Shown here: positions 46,423-55,800 of the stretch, piece by piece
Numbering within the stretch: position 1 is the stretch's first letter
Layout: the number at the start of each line of letters is the position of its first letter
Assembly (NCBI GenBank): GCA_030390025.1
Contig: CM059432.1
Location: 117,492,001-117,556,000, forward strand
Reading direction: 5' to 3'
Length of the DNA stretch: 64,000 nt
Origin: Squalus acanthias
Lineage: Eukaryota
Position numbers and translations under genes: made by a program
The notes under the pieces: model-generated
What the model was told of the DNA's origin: nothing
Database searches by the model: none
Seen by the model: only the letters and a program-made list of their open reading frames with translations

Positions 46423-48225
46423 GGTATGGTTAGACGGTCCTGCAGCACCTACGGGGCCTGTTGCGACCGCCACCTGTCCACGCGCATTCAAGAGATTGCG
46501 CATGGCTCCTAACACTACTTCGATGTCGTCGGGAGGGGTGGGTGCATTAGCTTCCCTAGCCAGGACAGGCGCCTGGGCTCGGACCGCGGGATTTTTATCC
46601 TTGGAATCCTTCCAAGGGTTCCTGCAATGCTTGCGCCAGTGCCCTGTCTTCCCACACCCGTAACAAGCATTACCTGCCTGTGGGGCGCGATTACCCTCCT
46701 GATGCCACTCTCTTTGATATGGGGCTGCGGGTCGTACCTCATGTACTCTTCCCTTAAGGGGACGTGTTGCCATACCCCTTATATTGCGATATCCTAACGT
46801 GAGTCGATTCAAGACCGACTCTTCCGTAATGTTGGGGTCATTGGGATCAAACCATGCTTTTGCCTGCTCTCTGACGGCTGGTAAACTGTTGGCTATTATG
46901 CACCTAAGCCAATGAGTTAAAGCGGCGCCTTCCACATCTTCGCGCTCGGGCGCACCTAGACAGCTGCGCTCATATACTGGCCACAGCCTGTCGGCAAAAA
47001 CCTTCGGGGGTTCTCCCTCCATCTGCACTGTCTGTCCCACTCTAGCAAACGGACCTTCATCGTTCGCCCCCAACACTTCCAGGACCTCATTCTTTAATTC
47101 CTCATAAGTCTTGGTTCCCCTCTTGCTCTCGCCCGAGAGACACTGAAGGACCGAGCTGTCTAATGAGAACAGCAGCATTTTTGCTGTCTCCCCATCATCG
47201 CAGCCGTTAATGGCTGCGGCTTGCTCAACTTCTCTGAAATGTACGGAAGGGTCGTCTGACTCGGTCAGCTTCCGTACGTGATTTATCATAGCTCTCAGCT
47301 GGTGTGAGCTGTGAGGCAACACAAGCTGTCCGAGGAGATCCCCTGGTTCTTCCCCACCGTTTCTGTTTGGGCCCCTTTTAATACCCGTTACTGGATACAA
47401 CGGTCCCTTTCCCACTTCTTTCTCAATGGGCTCTTTCGTTTCTTCCATTGCTTCCTCCCTTACCCTGGTTTCCGAATAGCTGGGTGGCGCGGAGGGCGCA
47501 GTGGCTACTACTTCCTCTGCTTTACTTGGTGGGGATTTCTTAAACTTCTCACTTACTAGCGGCTGGTGTGCTGACGGACTGATAAGGCACACCATGCCGT
47601 TCGCTTTGTTTACGGCCTTCTTGAGGTGCTCTATCTCCCTTTGGCAGGCGCTATGGTCGGCTCCCTCAAACTTATCCTCAAGGGCCAACTTATATGTTGC
47701 CCTAACCCCCGTTAAGCTCTCTTCTTGAGTTCTTATCTGGGCAGCTTGGCGGCCACATCTTTCCTTTAACCTGCTCTCATTTAACTTTGCCTCAGTGACC
47801 TGGCACTCGAGATAATCTATCCTTGTTTTAAGGTGACTGGAGATTTCCTGGCTTTCTTGGTGCAACTCATTTAAATTCTTAATGAGCACCTCCCCTCCAG
47901 AAACCTTCTCATCCATTTCTCCCTCTAAATGACTGATTCGAGCTACTAGCGCTGTAATGGTCTGGTTTGAAATCTGAACCTGCCTTTTGTAACACATAAG
48001 CCAGACTGCTTTCTCGAGTGTCTTTTTATGTTCTTTACTATCTGTCCACCTTTCGGCTGCCTCTAGCGGGCTTTTATCCGCTAACAATTCACTTATCCAT
48101 TTCTTAGTTAGATTAACCTTTCCGAACACATAATCTGCTATCTTTTCCTGCATAACATTTCGTACAGTCATTCCAAAGTCTAACACACTACCCTCTCGCT
48201 GCCAGTGTCCTGCTGCGGTCGCCAT
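46417..48225 (-). CDS. gag: Gag (602 aa): coiled-coil N-terminus, PSAPPSY late motif, capsid-like region, one CCHC zinc knuckle
   Basis: CYGCGKTGHWRKHC at 46624-46665; PSAPPSY at 47476-47496; located between the PBS and pol. The true start could be a downstream Met. Confidence 0.88.
   Translation of the reverse strand: MATAAGHWQREGSVLDFGMTVRNVMQEKIADYVFGKVNLTKKWISELLADKSPLEAAERWTDSKEHKKTLEKAVWLMCYKRQVQISNQTITALVARISHLEGEMDEKVSGGEVLIKNLNELHQESQEISSHLKTRIDYLECQVTEAKLNESRLKERCGRQAAQIRTQEESLTGVRATYKLALEDKFEGADHSACQREIEHLKKAVNKANGMVCLISPSAHQPLVSEKFKKSPPSKAEEVVATAPSAPPSYSETRVREEAMEETKEPIEKEVGKGPLYPVTGIKRGPNRNGGEEPGDLLGQLVLPHSSHQLRAMINHVRKLTESDDPSVHFREVEQAAAINGCDDGETAKMLLFSLDSSVLQCLSGESKRGTKTYEELKNEVLEVLGANDEGPFARVGQTVQMEGEPPKVFADRLWPVYERSCLGAPEREDVEGAALTHWLRCIIANSLPAVREQAKAWFDPNDPNITEESVLNRLTLGYRNIRGMATRPLKGRVHEVRPAAPYQREWHQEGNRAPQAGNACYGCGKTGHWRKHCRNPWKDSKDKNPAVRAQAPVLAREANAPTPPDDIEVVLGAMRNLLNARGQVAVATGPVGAAGPSNHTQ
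48207..48224 (-). promoter_or_regulatory. Primer binding site, tRNA-Ser-like geometry
   Basis: TGGCGACCGCAGCAGGAC, 5 nt from the 5' LTR. Its complement ...UCCUGC-UGCGGUC-G-CCA has a G discriminator and a CCUGC T-stem strand. Confidence 0.7.
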
Positions 48226-48229
48226 TTTC

Positions 48230-49908
48230 TGTAAGGGATTCTGACCCTGCGTGTCTCGCAGCCTGTGAGATTCACGCGGCTCTGTGCAGCCTGTATGTCA
48301 GTGCGGGTCTAGGCCTTGTTGCCTGTTCTGGTCTCCAGCCAGTCTGGGAACACTAGACACACCTGTGAGTGGTTCGAATCACTCGCCCTTACGGTTCTAG
48401 ACACTGGACTTAGATGCGAGAGCAGTAATGGAGATGAAACTCATGTAGACTCGGTTGAATGGTACGAAATGGAAAATCTTTATTGCATGATATTTAAGAT
48501 TATGAAATACATGTCATAAGCACAGATTAATGACAGTACAATCTTACAAGCAGTTATATAGCTGATCCTAGGGAAACGAGGAACGAACGACACACCGTAA
48601 ATAGGGGCACACATTACAAGTATCCTTAATACTTAAACCCTCCCCTATCAATATCTATCCTAACTAGATTCGTAGGATTTCGAGACTCATGCTCACCACT
48701 CGTGATAACTCGGAGAAATTCCGAATAGCTGATCGGATGTTTTTCACCGCAGCACCCACGTGTCGGTCAGGAGATCTCCTGGTCCCACTTGTTTACTTGC
48801 TTCTGCTCCGGCTAGCAGGCTGGACCGTCTGCTGTGATGAAGACCTGTGTTGGTTGGTTTAACAGGTACTTTTCCGAGCACAGTTCACAGATTAGTCAAT
48901 ATCATCGATGATGAACCGTTCTTGCAAGTTCGAAGAAGTCTCCCTGGCAAGGAAAACTTGGCTATTCGACCTACAGGCGCAGTCGGGATTTACTGACCGT
49001 GGCGATGAGTATGGTCTTCCTCTCTTCTCATCTCATCTCATCTCATCTCATCTCATCTCGGGCCTTTGGTTCCGCTGCCAGTTACCAACATAGGTCTTCG
49101 TTACGCGACACGAGGTAGATCCGAACGGATCAGAAAGTTCGACAGTCTTTTTCAAAGAGGCACCAGGCAAGCAGGAACCCGACTACGAGTCAAAAACACA
49201 GGAGCAGCCACGAGGTTACGAATCGATCGGATAAGAGCATAAGAGCGCAGGAGCAGCCACGAGGATAAGAGAGAGATGGACGGTTTGGAGCCTGCAATTA
49301 TAGTGCAAAATCTTCCGTTTCCCGCCCAACCTTAATGTCCTTTCTTTTGTTAGGGTCTGGCGCTCAAATGTCTTGTATGGGTGATCTCCGTTCTTAATGG
49401 GTTTCGGGGCTACTCGTAAATGTCTGAGTACCTGTTAATATTTCTCCCATTGTTAAATCGGTCGGTGTTCTCCCTGGAGGGGTTTTTGGGGCTTCCAAGT
49501 GTTTTGTATAACTACCTGCTAACGGCTCTCTCATCGTAGAGTCGTTGGGATTTTACATATTAATGTCTTTTGGATGGGCCCTTGATTACTCGGTACAATA
49601 GCTTTCATTCGTACCTGGGAGACCGATTTCAGTATTTATGTGTATACTGCAAACCCATAATGTCTCGTGTATTATCTTCACTGTGCTGAATCTTAATCGA
49701 TCTTGCACAAATGTTTATTGGAACGCCATCTTGTCTGCCTGTCGAAAAATCTAGAATGTTCTGTCACGAGGTGCGGCGGCCATTTTACAGGCTGCTTGTG
49801 TCCACTTTGAAAAACCTGGCAACATTCTGCTGAAATAAAAGCTGTTTGAACGAAACTCTGTGTTTTCTCCTTATTAAAATAAAATCGCGATATATTGCGA
49901 ATTCTACA
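48230..49908 (-). repeat. 5' LTR (1679 bp)
   Basis: By eye differs from the 3' LTR only at one G/A substitution (~48981) and a 1-bp A indel (~49878). Confidence 0.96.
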
Positions 49909-51025
49909 TAGGTCAATCCCGCCATTCCTGGTATCAGCCTGTGAATCGCCGCTGCACCCCCTCCATGGCAAGAACATCTTTCCTCAGATGAGGCGACCAA
50001 AATTGTACACAGTACTCGAGGTGTGGTCTCACCAGTGCCCTGTACAGCTGCAGCAAGGTATCCCTGTTCCTGTATTCCAACCCTTTTGCTATGAAGGCCA
50101 GCATACCGTTTGCCTTCTTGACCGCCTGTTGCACCTGCATGCGCGCCTTCAGTGACTGGTGTACAAGAACACCCAGGTCTCTCTGTACTTCCCCCTCTCC
50201 CAATTTATTGCCATTTAAATAATAATTTGCCCTCCCGTTCCTGCACCCAAGGTGGATAACTTCGCACTTGTCCACATTATAGTGCATCTGCCATTTATCC
50301 GCCCAATCACCCAGTCTGTCCAAATCGCTCTGGAGCTTCCTGGTCTCCTCCTCTGAGCCCACCCCCACTCCTAGTTTAGTGTCGTCTGCAAATTTGGAAA
50401 TGCTGCATCCGACTCCCTGATCCAGGTCATTAATGTAAATTGTGAACAGCTGGGGACCCAGGACAGATCCCTGTGGTACCCCACTTGTTACTGCCTGCCA
50501 TTCAGAAAATGAGCCGTTTATTCCAACTCTCTGTTTTCTATCTGACAGCCAGTTCTCTATCCACGTCAATACTTTCCCCTTTATCCCATGAGCTTCAATT
50601 TTCCATGCTAATCTTTTATGTGGGACCTTGTCGAAGGCCTTTTGGAAGTCCAGGTACACCACATCTACTGGCTCTCCCCCATCTATTTTACCAGTTACTC
50701 CCTCAAAAAATTCCAATAGATTAGTCAAGCACGATTTACCCTTTGTAAATCCATGTTGACTCTGTCCTATCCTGTCCCCATTTGCTAAGTGCTCCGCTAT
50801 TTCATCCTTAATGATGGACTCCAGCATTTTGCCCACAACTGATGTAAGGCTTACAGGTCTGTAATTACCTGCTTTTTCCCTACCCCCCTTTTTGAATAGT
50901 GGGGTAACGTTAGCTACCCTCCAATCCATGGGCACTGTTCCCGAGTCTAATGAATTCTGAAAAATCATACTTAGTGCATCCGCTATCTCTAGGGCCACCT
51001 CCTTCAGTACCCTAGGATGCATGTT
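49909..51025 (-). mobile_element. 5' part (RT) of the CR1 disrupted by the provirus
   Basis: ORF 49934..51022 with NYRPVSLTS, QHGF, GVPQGSVLGP, FADDTK. Confidence 0.92.
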
Positions 51026-51059
51026 ATCATCCTATCTTCTATGTTTCTATGTTTCTATG

Positions 51060-51660
51060 TATGATTGGACTAGGATGAGGGTGAGTGTGAAGGGTGGCTA
51101 GTGGGATGGAGAAGTGATAATGTAGATAGAGAAGGATGGGTGGAGGTGCAAGGTAAGTTGGTGTGAGTAAGGATGTGCAGGAGTAGGGTAGGAAAGGCAG
51201 AGTGATGGTAATGTGATGAGAGGCACAGCAGGATGAGATTGAGTGTGGCTTTGCAGTAACGTTTCGTGATCTACTGAGATCATTGAAAGTTTTGCGCCAC
51301 TGCAGCCTGGTCCTCCTGATCACATCCCTGCTTGTGTCCTCATGTGCAACCAGGCTGCGTTGGTCTCCTGGGGAGGTCTCTTCTGCCCATTGGAAGGGAA
51401 TAGAACCTCCCTGCGTGCTATGACGGGATGAGACTGAGTGCAGCTGTGCACCTCTGTGCAATGCTTGTCAGTGTTTGCAGCACCTCAATGCTGTAGAACA
51501 CTGACAGCACAAATGTCAAAATAAATTTGCACATGGTCCCTTTAAGGAAACCGGCTGATTACGTGTCATCAAATGATGTCATCAGACCCGCTTCCTTTAA
51601 TTGGCCAGGAAACTCGCTGGGCTGGCTTAACAAGCCCAATCAGGGGAAATCGCGGCCATA
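51060..51660 (-). mobile_element. Harbinger Myb/SANT gene remnant; possibly the other half of a repeat at ~35150-36375
   Basis: VIRRTRLQWRKTFNDLSRS motif. Confidence 0.5.
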
Positions 51661-52165
51661 ATGTCCAACTCGCACTTACGTCAGACATTCCAGATGTACA
51701 TGTGTGGAGCAGAAAACAATGGAGTTAAGATCCATGTACTCCACCTTCCCTTTCTTCATTTTTCACAGATACTTCATGCTATGCCAGCATAGCTCATTTT
51801 AATGAAGTGCTTCCATAGTGGGCGGAACAAATGCAAGTCCACAAATGACTTGCATTTGAATTACATCTTTAATGTGGTAAATGTCCCAAAGAACTTCACA
51901 GAAGACAAAAGAGAGTGGGGCGAAATTGGGTGCCTTTGCGCCTCCTGTTAGCGCCCTCAGGGGGGCGCTAACAGGGCACAAATGGCTTTGCAACGGGGCG
52001 TGCGCTGATATCGACTCCCACCATATTCGGCGGGAGTTTTGCGGTGGCGCTACAGCAATGCGCCCCGATCTCCTTCGCCCGGGGATCGTGACGACATCGC
52101 CGTGCCCCCTGCAGCAGCACCGGTTGAAAACACTGACAGCTGCAGGAGGCATGCATCGGATGGCC

Positions 52166-53940
52166 TGTAAGGGGTTTTCTCCGATACTGGTCCCCCGTTA
52201 CACACAGTTCTTGGCCGTCAGGATTTATAAGAACAAAATACACACGGCACAGGGTTTTGGCTCAACCTTTGATTCGTTCGTTTATTGAACACACACACAC
52301 AATTACTTCCCCAGTATAAATCCCTACGATTTATATATGGCTAACAACCCCAAAATGCAAACCCCTGCGCAAGGGTCATTTGCATCGACACAATATGACA
52401 CAGTTAAACCCGTCCGCGATTTGACTGTTACATATAAAGTTACTCAGACTCAATCACAAAAGGTCCCTCTATGATTTGACTGAAACATACAATCACCACT
52501 CCCGATCGGCTGTCTCCTGGAGTTGATTGTAGGCCCGAATCTTTCTGCTTGCTGTTCCGGCATTAGCATCCCACGCCGACTCTCTTCGAAGTGCCTCTTA
52601 CTTTAAACCAAAACCAACTTGCAGTATCTCGAAACACATTTCCTGGCCCCCTCCTGTGCATACGATGGCCGTATCAAAATGTGTGAATGTCTCTAGCAGA
52701 GAACTCTTGATGGCTAATTGTCCCTCATATTGTCCATTGATTCTTCTTAGGCAGTCCCTCGGAACCGAGGATGACTTGCTTCCACACTAAAAATGAGTTC
52801 TCAGGTGACTGATGAGTCCAATGCGGGAGCTACAGTCTCTGTAACAGGTGGGGCAGACGGTGGTTGAAGGGGCGGGTGGGTGGGGTGCTTGGGTTGACGT
52901 GCGCTCCTTCCGCTATTTGCGCTTGGCTTCCGTTTGCTCCCGGCAAAGAGACTCAAGGTGTTCGGCGCCTTCCCGAATGCTTCTCCTCCACTTTGTGCAG
53001 TCTTGGGCCAGGGATTCCCAGGTGTCGGTGGGGATGTTGCACTTTTTCAAGGAGGCTTTGAGAGTGTCCTTGAAGCGTTTCCTCTGCCCACCTGGGGCTC
53101 TCTTGCTGTGTCGGAGCTCCGAGTAGAGCGCTTGTTTTGGGAGTCTCATATCGGGCATGCAGACGATGTGGCCCGTCCATCGGAGCTGATCGAGCGTGGT
53201 GAAAGCTTCGATGCTGGGATGTTGGCCTGAGCAAGAACACTGACGTTGGTGCACCTATCCTGCCAATGGATTTGCAGGATCTTGCAGTGGCAGCGTTGGT
53301 GGTACCTCTCCAGTGCTTTGAGGTGCCTGCTGTACATGGTCCATGTCTCTGAAGCATACAGGAGGGCGAGTATCACTACTGCTCTGTAGGCCATGAGCTT
53401 GGTGCTGGGTTTGAGGTCCTGGTCTTCAAACACTCTCTTCCTCAGGCGACCGAAGGCTGCACTGACACACTGAAGGCGGTGTTGGACTTCGTCATCGACG
53501 TCTGCCCTTGTTGACAGTAGGTTCCCGAAGTATGGAAATGTCCATTGATTACTTGGGCACCGACTGTCTGTATTGAGGTCCTTTCTGACAATGCAACCTT
53601 CCCAATATGCTATGTTAGTTGTTGGTTTCTGTTAGCCTTCGTATTCAAATGGTTCAGGGCCCGGCCCATTGTCTAGGCCTGCACTGATACCAGCTTGGTC
53701 CAAGGTGAACAATGTAAACCTTAAGGTAAATGAATATGCGTAAATGTTCCTTTTCAGAAGCATTCGTATTTTAGATTGTCTGTGAAAATTGATATCCAGT
53801 CTCTTGATGGTTCGTAGCTTCGGCTGCAATGTTTGAATTAACCCTTTATTGCGCATCTCTTTTTGCGGGCTGTGCAGTTCTGGGTTTTTATATTTCACAG
53901 TCCAATTTTTACCGTTGTGGCGGGAGGAATGGATCCTACA
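52166..53940 (-). mobile_element. Solo LTR (~0.97 kb once the RTE insert is removed)
   Basis: TGTAAGGG...CCTACA termini, flanks GGCC/GGCT, minus-strand TATATAA (52331-52337) upstream of AATAAA (52281-52286). Confidence 0.68.
52743..53538 (-). mobile_element. 5'-truncated RTE-clade LINE
   Basis: 12-bp TSD TGTCCATTGATT (52731-52742, 53539-53550); LLYASETW, QLRWTGH, RLPKQALYSEL, GGQRKRFKD. Confidence 0.9.
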
Positions 53941-54329
53941 GGCTGGCCGCTTCGGGGGCAATGATTAAAGGCGAGGTGGCCGAGGTAAGTAAAAATAAAT
54001 CTTACCTTTCTTGTTGCAGTTTTTTTTTGCGTGATCCTGCCCGCGATCGATCAGCCCGGCACTCTGCATGAGTGCCATGCTGATCGCGTGTGATCACAGC
54101 TGCCTTGGTGGTCCAGGTAGGTGCTTTTTATACTGCAGAGCCTGCAGCGCTGGCCCTTCCCTTTAAGGGAGGGAAGGAGTCCTTGAACGCGGCCCAGTGT
54201 GCGGCGCTGCTGAAGTCTCCACCACACCTGCTGCCAATTGCTCTCCAAGAAGGAAGTGGAGGACTTGATTTAGCACCTCGCGCTAACTTTTCAAACTTTT
54301 AAAAATTAGCACCCCCAGTGAACAGTAAT

Positions 54330-54990
54330 CAGAATTAGGAGAGATGACTGAAACTATGGTCAAAGAGATAGGTTTTCAGAAAGCTTTTAAAGAAAGGGAA
54401 AGGAATAGGAATTTGGAAGCGCTTAGAAAGGCAGTTCCAGAAAATAGGTCTAAGATAGTTGAAAGATCTGCCATTGATGGCAAAGGGAAAAGGACTGCAT
54501 GTGAAGCCAGAATTGGAGAACTGAAGGACACGGGCTGGGACATGGGGCTAGAGGAGTTTGGAGAAGTCAGGTAGAATTGATTTCTCAAATGCCCTTATCA
54601 CTAGCATCTCCTTCTTCACCCTTTAATCCGATCTTGCATGGCCCAAGGCCTCTCTCACGTAAGTCCCACAGTCTCATTACCCCTCTCCTTCTCAAGTTCC
54701 ACAATCTCCCTGCTTCCAGCATATTGACTAGGAACTGATTGTCCCCATTTTCAAATCCCTTTTCATTATTGGCCTACCGTATCTGAACAACCTTCTCCAG
54801 CCATACATATGAGCCCACATCCGCTGCTCCTCTGATTGTGGTTCAGTGCTCGCCCTCTGCTGCACCATCTGACATCATGCCCCGGTGATCCCAAAACTCC
54901 TTCACTTCACTACCTCTGTCCCACCATTGAAGAGCCTCTTAAAAACCTGCCTCTTCAACCGTGTTTTTCAGCTACTTCCTTAATCTTTTA
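54330..54990. mobile_element. Two degraded L2-type 3' fragments in opposite orientations
   Basis: Similarity to 8800-9250 on both strands. Confidence 0.45.
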
Positions 54991-55249
54991 CGAACATACG
55001 AAATTGATGGGCAGGAAACGACCAGTTGGTCCATCAAGCCTGCCCCACACCACGATGGCCGGAGCATCAAGACTAAATAATTCTTCCCTCCCCCACCTAT
55101 ATGCCCCCCATATAAATGCATGTTGTTGTATCATCTTCAACTTATAACGAAATATGCAATCTTATAATCAAATGAATGTTGAGGAGAAAATATAGAGACA
55201 GAAGATTTCATTGTCAATTCTTGCAGTTTGTTAAAACATCAACATAATC

Positions 55250-55410
55250 AAGGGATATGTGGATAGGGCGGGAAAGAGGAGTTGAGGTTGAAAGAGGAGT
55301 TGAGGTTGAAGATCAGCCATGATCTTATTGAATGGTGGAGCAGGCTCGAGGGGCTGCATGGCCTACTCCTGCTCTTATTTCTTATGTTCTTTCTTATGTT
55401 CTTATATTTT
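55250..55410 (+). mobile_element. CR1 3' UTR fragment
   Basis: GATCAGCCATGATCTTATTGAATGGTGGAGCAGGCTCGAGGGG...(TTCTTATG)n tail. Confidence 0.7.
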
Positions 55411-55559
55411 ATTACAAAAGGTTCATCTTTATCTCCGAGCAAGACTATATCATATTAGAATACCATCACTTTTGTTTAGCCAGCAAAGAGAAAGTGAGAG
55501 TCGGCCGAATCCTTGGTTTGTGTGCTTCCATTTTATTAACATGGCACATGCATTCCTTT

Positions 55560-55800
55560 AAAGGCTCAGTCAGTTTATTCAGTGAGGAAGCAGAGCCATA
55601 CAGACTTAGAAGCTCTCAGGTTCAAACCCTGGACTGTGCTCAGTTAGCTGATGTCAGGAGTATGGTGGTATATAAACAAGATGGCTCCTGTGCTGGCAGC
55701 TCCCTAGGGAGCTCCTTTGCCATCCTTGGCCATCCTTTGCTCTTTTTCCCCCCAGTCTCCTCTCTTCTGCTGTTTAAGTTCCCCTGGCCCTAATAGTGGA
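55560..55800 (+). mobile_element. Old tRNA-headed SINE
   Basis: GGCTCAGT A-box-like and GGTTCAAACCC B-box. Confidence 0.5.

Larger units (their letters stand above)
37163..49908 (-). mobile_element. Intact endogenous retrovirus-like provirus, lokiretrovirus-like (LTR-gag-pol-env-LTR)
   Basis: Near-identical LTRs with TG..CA ends, TAGG TSD (37159-37162, 49909-49912), PBS, PPT and three uninterrupted ORFs. Confidence 0.95.
51917..54320. mobile_element. GC-rich Harbinger-type MITE hosting a solo LTR
   Basis: Left end GGGGCGAAATTGGGTGCCTTTGCGCCTCCTGTTAGCGCC resembles 24275 and 3454. The body resumes after 53940; right end degraded. Confidence 0.6.

Noticed and set aside
41935..48225. Assignment as an ordinary Ty3/Gypsy element, spumavirus or epsilonretrovirus
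   Set aside because: The dual RNase H argues against ordinary Gypsy. The CCHC knuckle and in-frame gag-pol argue against spumavirus. The F-like env lacking CX6CC argues against epsilon/gammaretrovirus. A phylogeny is still needed.
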